DNA from: an uncultured Alphaproteobacteria bacterium
Lineage (GTDB): Bacteria; Pseudomonadota; Alphaproteobacteria; Sphingomonadales; Sphingomonadaceae
DNA: 64,000 nucleotides
NCBI GenBank assembly: GCA_963815345.1
Contig: CAWFGF010000002.1
Location: forward strand, 484,169-548,168
Direction of reading: 5' to 3'
The notes under the pieces are model-generated. The model had not been told where the DNA came from, made no database searches, and saw nothing but the letters and a program-made list of their open reading frames with translations. The position numbers were made by a program, and so were the translations under genes. Below are positions 46,840 to 57,070 of the stretch, one piece after another (the first letter of the stretch is position 1; each line of letters starts with the position of its first letter).

Positions 46840-48276
46840 CTAAGGGACGATCGACCGTGACTGGAGGCCGCGCGACCAGTCGAGCGCGGCGGCCATCGAG
46901 GGTGACATCGAGGCGGCGAGCATATTCTCGATCATCGCGGTCTTCTCGATGATCTGCATGATCGCCGAGACCTTCGCTTGCCCGTTAGCTTGGCGCTGCG
47001 CGAGGCTGGACCGGACATCGGCAACCTGCGCGCGCCAGATCGCCAGCTTGGCCTCGTCGGCAGCAATGAAACTCGCCATGGAACGGCCTGCTTCCGAGGT
47101 GATCTGGTCCAGAACCGCATAAAGCAGGTCGACGCTCGCAATTTCTGCAAGGGTCTCGCGGTCGTCGGTTGCCATTCCCCTTCCATAGGCGGCTTGTACG
47201 GTCAGGATTTTGTAAAGCGGGACCGAAGCGACCTGCAGCAGTTCCTTTTCCTCAGAGCCGATCGAGGTGTCGCTGCGGATCGCTTCCACCATATTTCCGA
47301 TCAGCGCGGCCACCCGCGGGCGGATTGCTTTGGCATTGCTGACATTCATGGTCTGGAACACCGGATTGAGGCATTGATCGGGTTCGTCGCAGGCAAACAC
47401 TTTCACGCTCTGGCCTTGGGTCCCATCAAGCAGCGCAGTCACCAGTGTTGAGGATGCATCACCAGCGAAGGGCACGAACTTGCCCGGCTCGTCATCTTTG
47501 GGTGGCACGTAAATCACTGTGCCAATGAGCGTCATGGCATATTCGGCAAGGTCCCGGTCAAATGTGCCGCCAGGGTTGAAGAACGCGCTCTTTTTCAGAA
47601 CATGCCAGGTGTAATTGCGCGGCACTGCCGGGTTGACGTCGGCATAGTCCGTGCCTGCGCCCGAGGTGGTTGAACTGCGCTGGCCGCGCGTACCGCAGCC
47701 ATGTTTGGCGGCAGCGTAATCGGTAAAGATACCTTCGGAATTGCCAATCGCCTCGCAGACCGCTTTGTCAGCCAGATCGCCTTTGGGCCAAATGCCGCCA
47801 ACGAGTCCTTGCGCCATCTCGCAGCTGTTGATCGACAGCTCGTTCATGAGCTGCGCTTTTTGCGAAAACTCCTGCATGATCTTGTTGCATTCGGGGCAAA
47901 TCGTGTCGATCGCGAGGCTGAATGCAAAGCCCACCGCATTATTGGCCACCGCTTTGAGGAGCGCGACCATTTCGCTGGCATTGATGAAAGAGAAGGAGCC
48001 GGCAAAGATGTCGATCCCGCCGCAACCCGCGCGGGCGCGGGGCAGCTGGAGATTGGCAACATTGGTGGTCTTCTGCGGAAAGCGCGTCCAGACATTGCCC
48101 AGGCTGTAATAGCCCGCCGACTGGCCTTCAAAAGCGCTCGGGCCGGTGACATTTGCCGCGCCGCCCATATCGTCCATGAACCGGTCCATACTCTCACCGA
48201 CATTGGCGTTGACCGGACTGACAATCATGCTCGCTGCAGCGAGCGCCAGCAGAGTGGTACGGATCCTAGTAATCAT
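46840..48276 (-). CDS. traH: F-type T4SS protein TraH
   Basis: Signal peptide, then ESMDRFMDDMGGAANVTGPSAFEGQSAGYYSLGNVWTRFPQK and ARAGCGGIDIFAGSFSFIN. ATG at comp. 48276; the track ORF is extended upstream. Confidence 0.9.
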   Translation of the reverse strand: MITRIRTTLLALAAASMIVSPVNANVGESMDRFMDDMGGAANVTGPSAFEGQSAGYYSLGNVWTRFPQKTTNVANLQLPRARAGCGGIDIFAGSFSFINASEMVALLKAVANNAVGFAFSLAIDTICPECNKIMQEFSQKAQLMNELSINSCEMAQGLVGGIWPKGDLADKAVCEAIGNSEGIFTDYAAAKHGCGTRGQRSSTTSGAGTDYADVNPAVPRNYTWHVLKKSAFFNPGGTFDRDLAEYAMTLIGTVIYVPPKDDEPGKFVPFAGDASSTLVTALLDGTQGQSVKVFACDEPDQCLNPVFQTMNVSNAKAIRPRVAALIGNMVEAIRSDTSIGSEEKELLQVASVPLYKILTVQAAYGRGMATDDRETLAEIASVDLLYAVLDQITSEAGRSMASFIAADEAKLAIWRAQVADVRSSLAQRQANGQAKVSAIMQIIEKTAMIENMLAASMSPSMAAALDWSRGLQSRSIVP

Positions 48277-49093
48277 GTCCGGCTTCCTTGGTGGTGAGGA
48301 GGTAGATGCGGTCCTGCAATTCGTCAGCCGAGAGAACGCCGTAGCCAATCGGGATCGCCCGTTTCTTGACGCTGTCCCACAGGACGAGGGCGGGCGTGAT
48401 CTTGGGCTCGAGGCCCATCTTCGGGCGCTCGCCCCTTTCGACGGTGTAATTCGGGAAGTGGCGTGATGGTCCGCCATCGGTTGAGATCGCGCGCACAGTG
48501 ATGCGCCAGCGGTCGGCGACGGATCGGACGATCGGGCTCATGACTTCGCAGGCGCCGCAGGTCTGGGCAAAGAAATAGAACAGGCCGTAACGCTGCGACA
48601 GCCGGGCCATGACCGTGTCGCGTTCCTGTCCGCGCGCATCCTGCCATTGCTTCTTGGCTAGCGCGCCCACCGGCCGCTCGAGCGTGTAATCGAGCGCCGG
48701 ATCCTGCCATAGCGCGCGCTGCCAGACATCGGAAAAAAGCGATGCCCGGTCGAGCTGCGCGCGCTGGAACCGGATATAGTCAGACACGTTTTCAGGCGTT
48801 GGATAGAGGATCGCGCGTGCTTTGAGCTCGCGCAAGGTCTCGGTGATCATTTCGAGCTCAGCAGAAGGCGTAGAAGCGGGAGCGGCGACTGTTTCTGGTG
48901 CTGTTTCAGGCTCGGGTTTCACGCAATAGAACCAGTAGCCGAGCCGGCGTTCTTCGCAGTAAAGCGCATCGGCTGCATCGCCCGAACTGGTTTGGCTGCG
49001 GATTTGCTGATCCTGCGCAAAAACCGACGTTGCAGCTGCCAGCATCAAGGAGAGAACGAGCAAGGCATGGAAAGGCAGTAGCGAAAGTTTCAT
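48266..49093 (-). CDS. traF: F-type T4SS thioredoxin-fold protein TraF
   Basis: YCEERRLGYWFYC and LFYFFAQTCGACEVMSPIV; synteny between traN and traH. Confidence 0.85.
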   Translation of the reverse strand: MKLSLLPFHALLVLSLMLAAATSVFAQDQQIRSQTSSGDAADALYCEERRLGYWFYCVKPEPETAPETVAAPASTPSAELEMITETLRELKARAILYPTPENVSDYIRFQRAQLDRASLFSDVWQRALWQDPALDYTLERPVGALAKKQWQDARGQERDTVMARLSQRYGLFYFFAQTCGACEVMSPIVRSVADRWRITVRAISTDGGPSRHFPNYTVERGERPKMGLEPKITPALVLWDSVKKRAIPIGYGVLSADELQDRIYLLTTKEAGHDY

Positions 49094-50823
49094 TGGCCTT
49101 GCTTCGCATAGTAATCTTCGATTTTCTGCTGGATGAGCGTGCTGGTCTCAAGTTCATCGGGTAGCCGGGCAGCTTCGGTAAACTCGGCATAAACTTCGGA
49201 GAAATCCATTCGGCTGAGATCAAGCCGCGCGAATTCATCGAGCGTAAAACCCTGACAGGTTTCCTCCTTCGGCTTGCCCCACGGTTTGGGCAGCTGCCTG
49301 CGGCCCTGCTCCTGCAGGATGCGGCTCAGCTTGGATTCAAAACAGCAATAGGCCTTCTTTTTGGTCAAACACACACCGAGGAATTTTTTCGAGCAATAGG
49401 TCCCGACATAGGCGCAAAGCCCGCTCGCATCGCGCTCGTGGAGCCGGACTTCCTCCCGGTCGCAGCCAAGCGCGACCAGCAGGCTGATCCCGGGAATGAG
49501 CGGAAAACCCTTGCCCTTGCAGCAATTGAGCACGCCGAAGACCTTCGATGAGCAGGTATTACGCGTGCCCTTGAACAGGGTCAGTGTGCTGGGATCAAAC
49601 TGCCCGCGCGCCTCATTCATGGCGTTGAGCGCGGTGGCAGCATGTTTGAACTCGTCATTGGCCGTGCGCGTAATCGTCTCGCACGAGCCATCGATGCAAT
49701 AGACATCCCCATCGCAGACATATTGCGTGTCATTGGTGCCGGCTGCAGGAAGCGGGCACTCGTAGATGCGTTCCATGGTCGAACAGGGCGCGTCATCGGT
49801 GAGGCAGTCATCTCGCAGGAAACGGCACTCACCGCTGCCATCGAGGTCGCTGCAGTCGTTACCAGGCTGGCGGGCGATGCAACTGTAACTTTGTTCCCAT
49901 GCCCAGCAGGGCCGGGTAACTGCCACGCCGCCGATAGTCCGCGTGACCGGATCACTGTCGCTGCATGTCTCGGCGAGGCGCGTACAATCGGGATTGGCGG
50001 CAAGAGCTGAACACTGGCTCTCATTGCGCGCCGTAGTGACGATCGTTTCGTTCGAGATATTGTAGGATGTTTGACCCTCAACCGGTGCCAAGCAGGTGAG
50101 TTCAGTGATGATATCACCCAGCTCGCTGCACCAGCGCTCCTTGCCGATCTTGCCCCACCTCAGGCAAAACCCGTCCCGGTACCCCGTTACCCTGCAGTCA
50201 GAGCCCGCAAAGCGCTCGCACCACGGAACGCGGTCCAGATTGAACTCGCCGAAATCGCTGCAGAGATATTGATAGGCGGGCTGCTGGGTTACGGTGCCCT
50301 CAAGCGGGACGGTGCAGCGCCTCTGTTCTTCTTCTGCGGTGTAACCAGTGTTGCAGGTGGCCATATAGGTTCCCGCTGTGCCGGAGCCGGGCGGCAGCGG
50401 GACGCAAGTGCCCTGGCTGCCGCCAATTGCCATGCCGCTGGTATAGTCGAGCGGGGTATCGCTTACCGCACCCGCGCGGGCGATGACCGCTTCTATATCG
50501 TAGGGTTCGAAGCGGGCGCGGCTTGCCAGACTGTCCTTGACCGCCCGGTACCCTTGGTGACCAGGAGCACTGCTGCGCGCAGCTGCTTCGATCCGCGCCG
50601 GATCATCGGCCATCGTTTGAAGATCCCGGGCCGCGTCAGGGTCGTAATTGGGAAGCGTGCCTGGTTCGGGCGCGGTCGTGGCAGCAGCCTTCGCCTTTTC
50701 ACGCGCGTCTTCGGCGAACGCTTTGCCCTCCGCTTTGGCCTCTTCGCGCGATTGCGCAGTAGCCGCTGGAGCGGTCAGAACGGTCAGTGCCGCTCCCAGG
50801 AACGTTAGATATGCGCGGATCAT
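49090..50823 (-). CDS. traN: F-type T4SS mating-pair stabilisation protein TraN (Cys-rich)
   Basis: 577 aa, secreted, with many conserved Cys and the C-terminal CCKGKGFPL...CCFESKLSRILQEQGR. Confidence 0.85.
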   Translation of the reverse strand: MIRAYLTFLGAALTVLTAPAATAQSREEAKAEGKAFAEDAREKAKAAATTAPEPGTLPNYDPDAARDLQTMADDPARIEAAARSSAPGHQGYRAVKDSLASRARFEPYDIEAVIARAGAVSDTPLDYTSGMAIGGSQGTCVPLPPGSGTAGTYMATCNTGYTAEEEQRRCTVPLEGTVTQQPAYQYLCSDFGEFNLDRVPWCERFAGSDCRVTGYRDGFCLRWGKIGKERWCSELGDIITELTCLAPVEGQTSYNISNETIVTTARNESQCSALAANPDCTRLAETCSDSDPVTRTIGGVAVTRPCWAWEQSYSCIARQPGNDCSDLDGSGECRFLRDDCLTDDAPCSTMERIYECPLPAAGTNDTQYVCDGDVYCIDGSCETITRTANDEFKHAATALNAMNEARGQFDPSTLTLFKGTRNTCSSKVFGVLNCCKGKGFPLIPGISLLVALGCDREEVRLHERDASGLCAYVGTYCSKKFLGVCLTKKKAYCCFESKLSRILQEQGRRQLPKPWGKPKEETCQGFTLDEFARLDLSRMDFSEVYAEFTEAARLPDELETSTLIQQKIEDYYAKQGQ

Positions 50824-51572
50824 CGCGGTTCTCCTTGTTCGAGACGGTCCAAATGGAGGTGCGCAATAGCCGCGCCGGGGCCTCTCCCGCCGGAGAATGT
50901 TTCCAGCACCTGGCCGACACTGATATTGCCGGCGATCCGGTCATGCGGCGGCACATCGCTGGTGCAATCAAAGCCGTCGCAGGGGGTAAAGTCGCTCGCC
51001 AGCATCACGAAGCTTGGCGCAGCTTTGATGCCGAAAGCGCGGAACAGACGCGGATCGATGCCAAGCGATCCGGTTTCTCCGCCCTCCTGCCAGATCGCTG
51101 CCATCCTTGCCTTGAACAGCGCGGAATCGCCTTGCGGGAAGCCGCGCAGCACAGTGACGCCGCCTGCACGGCCCATATCGCGAACCAGGGTTTTGAGTGC
51201 AGCGGGCGGCATCGACAGGCTGGCAAAGGCGATGAACCGCGGGCTTTGCCCAAGCGCGGCCTTCTCGGCATCGGCCTGCGCCCGAACCATGGCATCGAAA
51301 TCGAGGACTTCGCCGGTTTCGGACGTTGCGACGGTTTTTACATAAGCAGCGCGATTTGCTTCCGCCGTCTCCTGAACGCTGCGCGCATCCTCGGTCAGCG
51401 TTTCGGCGCGCTCCCGAATGTTCGTCGCCAGAGCTTCGGCGTCATCGGTGTGCTCGGCGGCGCGGTCGCGGATCGCGTCCAGATCGATCCCTTCCGGAAT
51501 CGACTGGGCAAACGCCAGTCCGCCGATCGAGACAGCCAGGGCCAGCGGGATAAGGAGGTATTTTTTGTTCAT
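50820..51572 (-). CDS. trbC: F-type pilus assembly protein TrbC
   Basis: FIAFASLSMPPAALKTLVRDMGRAGGVTVLRGFP; 4-nt overlaps with traU and traN. Confidence 0.8.
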   Translation of the reverse strand: MNKKYLLIPLALAVSIGGLAFAQSIPEGIDLDAIRDRAAEHTDDAEALATNIRERAETLTEDARSVQETAEANRAAYVKTVATSETGEVLDFDAMVRAQADAEKAALGQSPRFIAFASLSMPPAALKTLVRDMGRAGGVTVLRGFPQGDSALFKARMAAIWQEGGETGSLGIDPRLFRAFGIKAAPSFVMLASDFTPCDGFDCTSDVPPHDRIAGNISVGQVLETFSGGRGPGAAIAHLHLDRLEQGEPR

Positions 51573-52582
51573 AGCGCGCAGCAGTTCCGTTTGCGCCAGA
51601 CGAGATATCCCATGTCTTCGCCAATGGCGGGGATGACCTGTCCGGGGGCTTGAAAGGTGGTCGAGGCGCCGATCGGCGGGCAGGCATAACGGCCGCTGGT
51701 CGCAGGGCTCGGATTGACGGCCTGTATGCGGTATTGCTGCTTACGCATCACCGGCATCAGATATTTGCCGCACAGACCCTTGCTGCCCATCGTCCCCCAC
51801 GATACCAACTCGCGGTGTAGCTTATAGGCAAAGCGTGAAAGCACGAGCCGCGAGGCCTGAACGTGCCCGATCGAAGCCGAAACATTGCCGTTCATCGGAT
51901 ACATCGAGCCTTGGCACCCTGCGCACCAGAACAGCTCGTCGATCGGCAGTTTCGCGGTAGCAGCGGCGCAGTCGGCCGCGCAGGCGGCGAGCGCCATAGG
52001 GTTGGCGAACAGCACGGCTTCGGGATTGATGATCGCGGTGAGCTCGCTGTCCTGCCACAGCGGATCGATCTCGGAGATATGGAGAATATCGACCGAACCC
52101 GGCTCGAGGCACAGGAAGTCGGCAACGATTTCCATCCAGTAGATCAGCGGATAGGCATACCAATGGACATGCCAGCTCGAATAATACTGGCTCGCCCCGC
52201 CGATGGCCGAGGGCCCGGAGATCGAACGGAACCCGATATCAAAGCCCGGATCGATCTTCATCCCGCCCAGATTGACGAAGCACCACGGTTTCATGCTGAC
52301 ATCGGCCAGGCGCACAGGCTCCCAGAAGCCCATCGCGATTCCCGGACGCAGGCCGCACAGGCATAGAGGGAAGTCGGGATTATCGGGATCGGGCCGGCTC
52401 GAGGGCCATATGTCGAGCCCGCCAACCGAGATCGGGAACAGGCATGACCAGCAGATATCGGTGATCGGATTGACGAAGCTTCCGGTACATTTGCCGGGCC
52501 CGGCATCAGCTGCAGCGGGCGCCGCCATGGCAAGGCCAAGCGCAGCAACAATTGTCAGGGCGAGTGTGCGCAGGCGCGTCAT
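51569..52582 (-). CDS. traU: F-type T4SS protein TraU
   Basis: CTGSFVNPITDICWSCLFPISVGG and WCAGCQGSMYPMNG. Confidence 0.9.
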   Translation of the reverse strand: MTRLRTLALTIVAALGLAMAAPAAADAGPGKCTGSFVNPITDICWSCLFPISVGGLDIWPSSRPDPDNPDFPLCLCGLRPGIAMGFWEPVRLADVSMKPWCFVNLGGMKIDPGFDIGFRSISGPSAIGGASQYYSSWHVHWYAYPLIYWMEIVADFLCLEPGSVDILHISEIDPLWQDSELTAIINPEAVLFANPMALAACAADCAAATAKLPIDELFWCAGCQGSMYPMNGNVSASIGHVQASRLVLSRFAYKLHRELVSWGTMGSKGLCGKYLMPVMRKQQYRIQAVNPSPATSGRYACPPIGASTTFQAPGQVIPAIGEDMGYLVWRKRNCCAL

Positions 52583-53220
52583 GGCCGGGACCCCTTGCTG
52601 GCATCGAGGGCGACTTCGGTAATCTCGAGCAGGCGACCTTGCTGCCGCACACGCGCCGGAACGGCCCTGATCCCGAACTTGTCCGTGAGCTTGCCGCCCT
52701 GGTCAAAATAGAAACGGCGTTGACGGGCTTTCATCAGCTTAAGCGGTGCGCCGTTGACCAGGATAAGTCTTGCATCCGAGCTTTGTTTGAAAGCCCAGGC
52801 CAATTGGTCGGCATCGTCGCCGTCGATGAACAGCAATTCGGCGCGCAAGCCAACGCTGTCGAGCGGATTGACCTTCGTGCCAGCGGCATGGATCAGCTCA
52901 CCCTTCGCGCCCCTGATATCGGCGGCGAGGGTGATGGTTGGATCGAACTTCCAGCGGCGTTCTGTCGCCGCGGATGTAATACCGGAAACTGGATTTGGCC
53001 GGTTGACCCGCGCAACTGTTTGCCGCTGCAGTTTTGTGTTGAGCCGCGCGGTCTCGCCGGACTTTTCCATGGCGATCAGACGTGACTGGATCTGTTCGAG
53101 GAGATCGCGCTCAATCACCGGGAAGACGGTTCCCTGCTGGCCGTAGTCGCGCGCGGTCGCTCCGCCAGAAGCCATAAGAAGAGGGGCGATGAAGAGAGTG
53201 AAAGGGACTAGATGCTTCAC
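52579..53220 (-). CDS. traW: F-type T4SS protein TraW
   Basis: Co-linear with F TraW: FPVIERDLLEQIQSRL...FDPTITLAADIR...LLFIDGDDADQLAW...RFYFDQGGKLTDKFGIRAVPARV. Confidence 0.85.
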   Translation of the reverse strand: MKHLVPFTLFIAPLLMASGGATARDYGQQGTVFPVIERDLLEQIQSRLIAMEKSGETARLNTKLQRQTVARVNRPNPVSGITSAATERRWKFDPTITLAADIRGAKGELIHAAGTKVNPLDSVGLRAELLFIDGDDADQLAWAFKQSSDARLILVNGAPLKLMKARQRRFYFDQGGKLTDKFGIRAVPARVRQQGRLLEITEVALDASKGSRP

Positions 53221-53750
53221 AGGATTGCCCTCCCACTGCCGATTATCTGGCCACGGCAGACGAACCCGATCGCGCCGTAGCGGCTATCCAGCCCGCGCGG
53301 GTGATCGGTTCCCGTGTAATAGCAGTCCCCAGGAATGGGTCCCTCGGGTCCTTTGGTGAGCGGAATGCCGAGGCGTGTCTGTTTGAGGCGAGACGCAACC
53401 CGTTGGCCGTTGATGAAAACCTCGCTTCCGCGATGCCTGACAAAATCGCCGGGCACCCCGAGCACATGCTTGCCGAATAGCTGCGGGTTCTTGCCAAAAT
53501 GTGCCTCGACAAGTGCGCTAGCAGGCGGTTCGAAGAAGATCAGGCTACCGCGCGCAATGGGCGCTTTCTTGTCGAGCCAGAAGGCCCAGTTGGGCAGGCT
53601 CGGGCTCGCATTGATAAGCAGCGCGTGATCCTTCGCGAAACTGCTTGTCGCAGCCCAGGTAAGCGGCAGCGCGACCAGCGCGGTCAATATCAGCGGGCGC
53701 TTGATCGCTTTGAGCAAGCGAGCTGTAATTGCGGTGTTTTGGGCGCTCAT
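53217..53750 (-). CDS. S26-family signal-peptidase-like conjugative peptidase (P-type TraF-like)
   Basis: 177 aa with an N-terminal TM helix, then LINASPSLPNWAFWLDKKAPIARGSLIFFEPP...VLGVPGDFV. Embedded between trbI and traW. Confidence 0.65.
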   Translation of the reverse strand: MSAQNTAITARLLKAIKRPLILTALVALPLTWAATSSFAKDHALLINASPSLPNWAFWLDKKAPIARGSLIFFEPPASALVEAHFGKNPQLFGKHVLGVPGDFVRHRGSEVFINGQRVASRLKQTRLGIPLTKGPEGPIPGDCYYTGTDHPRGLDSRYGAIGFVCRGQIIGSGRAIL

Positions 53751-54127
53751 GGACGGGGCTCCTGCTGAAGGCGGCGCGCGATGCGCGTTTCAAGCTCGGC
53801 GGTGGCATCCTCGGCATCGCCCGCAAGCACGGCTTCAGCGACCAGAACCACGCGGCCATCGGTGCCCATCTCGGCAACCGCCTGTTCGGCGGCTTTCAGA
53901 TAGGCGAGGCTTGCAGCCTGCACCGATGCCGGATTGGCATCGGCGCGCGCTGCTTCGTCGATGAAGGAGCCGATTGTTTCGGCAAGGCGGACCGAGACAA
54001 TGCGCTGCGGTTTGGCCTGAGTAATGTGATGCGTGATCCACGCTGCCCACAAGAGAGCTCCGGAAGCTGCGAGCACGGCCAGACATTTGAGCGCCAGTTT
54101 GCGTATCTCGGGCTGCGTCCTATCCAT
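53747..54127 (-). CDS. trbI: F-type T4SS protein TrbI
   Basis: 126 aa with a single TM helix. The C-terminus VVLVAEAVLAGDAEDATAELETRIARRL parallels F TrbI (VILVSPAVVQGAPDITREIQQDIARRM). Confidence 0.6.
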   Translation of the reverse strand: MDRTQPEIRKLALKCLAVLAASGALLWAAWITHHITQAKPQRIVSVRLAETIGSFIDEAARADANPASVQAASLAYLKAAEQAVAEMGTDGRVVLVAEAVLAGDAEDATAELETRIARRLQQEPRP

Positions 54128-54512
54128 TGTCTGGTTCTCCTTCGGCGAGCTTGCGCTCGAGACGGCGTAGAAAGGTCGGGATGCGCAGAAGTGCGAACCC
54201 GCCGCTCGCGATCAGGAAAGCGGCCTTCAGGTCCTGACTGAAGAACAGCTGCTGTGTCGGGTCGGCGATCCGGTAATGCTCGGCCAGATTGCCAAGCTGC
54301 GCGAACAGCAGGGCAAGATCCCATCCGGCCAGAAACAGGAAGATAAACAGCGGCAGGCCCAGTACGATAAGCAGCGTGCTTGCAGCAAAGCCCGCGGTCT
54401 CGATCAGGACGAGGCAGGTGCCTTGGACAAAAGCCTTGATGTCGATGGCACGGCGCATCTCTCTGCGAACCGGTGCGCGAACTTGCGGAGGTTGGATATC
54501 GGCGGTCATCAT
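54120..54512 (-). CDS. Hypothetical membrane protein within the T4SS operon
   Basis: 130 aa with 3 predicted TM helices; overlaps traC and trbI by 4 and 8 nt. Confidence 0.45.
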   Translation of the reverse strand: MMTADIQPPQVRAPVRREMRRAIDIKAFVQGTCLVLIETAGFAASTLLIVLGLPLFIFLFLAGWDLALLFAQLGNLAEHYRIADPTQQLFFSQDLKAAFLIASGGFALLRIPTFLRRLERKLAEGEPDNG

Positions 54513-57070
54513 ACGCCTCCCTCGTGCGCCGGCGCGATACCGGCGACATGAGCAATGGCGCGTTCGAGCGGCATGCCTTGTTCGACATGATTGTGGATCG
54601 CGGCATAGGTGTCGGGATCGGAGGAGAAGATCGTTGCCGAAAGCGGATCGAGCACCAGCCTTCCGACCGCTTCAACCTCGGGACCTTTGATATAGACTTC
54701 GCTATAGTCGGTGCCCGAGCGCTTCAATGAACGGATCAGCGTTTCGGTGCGGTCATCCATGTCGAGCCGTGCTTCCTTGCGGAAGTCGGCAATCGTCTCG
54801 GCCTTTTGCTGGAGCACCAGCATCCAGTCGCTGTTTTCGAGCGCAGCGCGCGCGCCGTCCGATTTGTAATAGTCGTTGAGCGACTGGGTCGCGGTCGCCA
54901 GCGCGCCGCCATATTTGCGCGCTGTGCGGGCATAGGTCTCGACGAATTCGCCCATCGATCCGCCCTTGAGCATTGACCAGGCTTCATCGATCAGCAGCAA
55001 TTTCTTGGTGGCGCGCGAACTGCGGGTCATCGCCTGACCGGTCATGAACATGATCGCCGAAAGAACCACGCTGCGCAATTCTTCGCGCGCGGCGAGATCC
55101 GACATCTCGAACACGGTGAAATCATCGTCGAGCGCGAAACTCGCCTTGCCTGCAAAGAACCCGGCATAACTGCCGCCGCGGCAGAAGGGCGCGATCGAGG
55201 TTGCAAGGTCGCGGCCTGCCTCGCTCTCGCCGCCATGGAGCGCATGCGCGACGTCGTCGATGCTTCCGCCGCTACCCAGCGCTTCCCACACGGCGGTGAC
55301 CGCGCGGTCGATCAGACCGCGTTCGGTGTCGCTGGGTGCCTGGCTTGGCCGCGCCATCTGGCCGATGATAGCCTTGATCATCGCGAAACAGTCGAGACGG
55401 TAGTCTTCGTCCTCCTCGGCTCTGGCATCGTCAACCAAAGAGAAGGGATTGAGCGAGAAACCCGAGGCGAGCGTGAACTCGACGAACCGTCCTCCCTGCA
55501 GCTTAACCGAATGCTCGAAGCTGCGCCCGTCATCGATCACGACAACTTTTGCGCCCGCGCCTCGCAGCGCTGCACACAGCTCCTGCAGCAGGACCGATTT
55601 GCCAGAGCCTGACTTGCCGCAGATCGCGATATTGTGGTTGCCGGCATCGTTCTCGAAGGGCGACCAGAAGAAGGGCTGGCCGCGCCGGCCGACCAGCAGC
55701 AGGTGCGGCACTCGTCCGCCAAGATACTCGCCCTGCATTGGCGCGATGTTGGCCGCAGTGGTCGAGAGCATGGTTTTGAGGCGCTTGAGGCGCTTCATGT
55801 CGTCGCCGAGCCCATCGGCAAGGCTCATCGGGAAGGCTGCGACCAGGCCTTGGAGCTGGAGGAAGCGTTCATCCGATAGGTCCCAGCCTGCCGCCTTGTA
55901 GATCGCCTTGATCACCCGTTCATGGGTGTCGCCGTCGCCCAGCGGCGAAAAACTGGTCACCCCATAAAACAGCTTCACCAATTTCTTGCCCGCCTGGAGT
56001 TCGCTCTGGACATGGCTCCATTCGGCCGATTGTTCGGCAAGTTTGGGCAAGAAGCGCGCGCTTTTGGTCTGGCTGAGGCTGGTGGTGCGCATGAATTTGT
56101 AGCCCGCGCGCGCCGAGGCCGCTTCCTGGTCAGGATAGACAAGACACAGCATTGTGGCTGTCGGGCAAGGAAAGCGCAGCTTGTCGGCGAACATGTCGCC
56201 GATCAGCCGCGCGCTCTCCCACGGAGCCCAGCGATCGGGAGTCGAGCGAACCGCAAAATGGCGGATATCGAACCGGTCGGGATAGCATTCGCCCATTTCC
56301 GGGTTCCCGTCACGGTCGCGTCCGGTCTCGCGGAACCGCTCGGTGCGCAGCAGCAGCCGGTCGTCTTCGACCTCGAGTTCGATGTCCCGGCGGATCGCTT
56401 GAACGTCGAGCGTGTCGTTCGGATTCCAGATGTGGCTATCGGCCTCATTCGCTGTGGTTGGCGAGGTGAGCTCGTCGATCAGCGCCAGCAGGCCCTCGGG
56501 CGGCAATACCTGCGCATGGAGCCCCAGCGAATGAAGCATGCCCAGCAGGCCTTCGCGGCATTCTGTCAGTTCTGTGTCGGTGACGTGTCCGGGAGCAGGC
56601 ACGCCGAGCGAAATGATCAGCCGGCTCGTGCGGGCATGGAACGGCGCACTCGCCGAGCCCGATGTCCAAACGAGATCGTACAGCCGCTGCGAACGCGCCC
56701 GGGCAATGGCTTCGTAAATCCCGCCTTGCTCATAGCGAGGGCCAAACCACGGGCCGATAATGTTGCCGATCCTCGGAGAGGCGAAGTTCAAGACTTGCAG
56801 ACAAGACCCTTGCGGCAGGCCTTCGGAAAAGAACTGCCCGAGAATTTCTCCGGTACGCTCGTCGGCCCCAATGAGCGGGGTCACTTCAAGGATAAAGCCT
56901 TTTGACCGCGTGTTGCGGTAGAGTTTCGCGCCCTCATCATAAACGCGGTACGGTAGCCAGTCCGACAGCATATCGAACCCGAAATGCACGTGCTCCTTTT
57001 CGGCGGTGTCCGTATCAGCAAACAGGCCGCTCATGAGAGCGTCGCGCGCAGCGGCTAGTGAAAGGATCAC
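54509..57070 (-). CDS. traC: F-type T4SS ATPase TraC (VirB4 family)
   Basis: 853 aa. Walker A ICGKSGSGKSVLLQEL and Walker B KKLLLIDEAWSML. Confidence 0.9.
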   Translation of the reverse strand: MILSLAAARDALMSGLFADTDTAEKEHVHFGFDMLSDWLPYRVYDEGAKLYRNTRSKGFILEVTPLIGADERTGEILGQFFSEGLPQGSCLQVLNFASPRIGNIIGPWFGPRYEQGGIYEAIARARSQRLYDLVWTSGSASAPFHARTSRLIISLGVPAPGHVTDTELTECREGLLGMLHSLGLHAQVLPPEGLLALIDELTSPTTANEADSHIWNPNDTLDVQAIRRDIELEVEDDRLLLRTERFRETGRDRDGNPEMGECYPDRFDIRHFAVRSTPDRWAPWESARLIGDMFADKLRFPCPTATMLCLVYPDQEAASARAGYKFMRTTSLSQTKSARFLPKLAEQSAEWSHVQSELQAGKKLVKLFYGVTSFSPLGDGDTHERVIKAIYKAAGWDLSDERFLQLQGLVAAFPMSLADGLGDDMKRLKRLKTMLSTTAANIAPMQGEYLGGRVPHLLLVGRRGQPFFWSPFENDAGNHNIAICGKSGSGKSVLLQELCAALRGAGAKVVVIDDGRSFEHSVKLQGGRFVEFTLASGFSLNPFSLVDDARAEEDEDYRLDCFAMIKAIIGQMARPSQAPSDTERGLIDRAVTAVWEALGSGGSIDDVAHALHGGESEAGRDLATSIAPFCRGGSYAGFFAGKASFALDDDFTVFEMSDLAAREELRSVVLSAIMFMTGQAMTRSSRATKKLLLIDEAWSMLKGGSMGEFVETYARTARKYGGALATATQSLNDYYKSDGARAALENSDWMLVLQQKAETIADFRKEARLDMDDRTETLIRSLKRSGTDYSEVYIKGPEVEAVGRLVLDPLSATIFSSDPDTYAAIHNHVEQGMPLERAIAHVAGIAPAHEGGV

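Noticed and set aside
53896-54675. 259-aa - strand ORF overlapping trbI, the 130-aa membrane ORF and the traC 3' end.
   Set aside because: It is out of frame with three translationally coupled operon genes and has an Arg/Pro/Ser-rich low-complexity translation.
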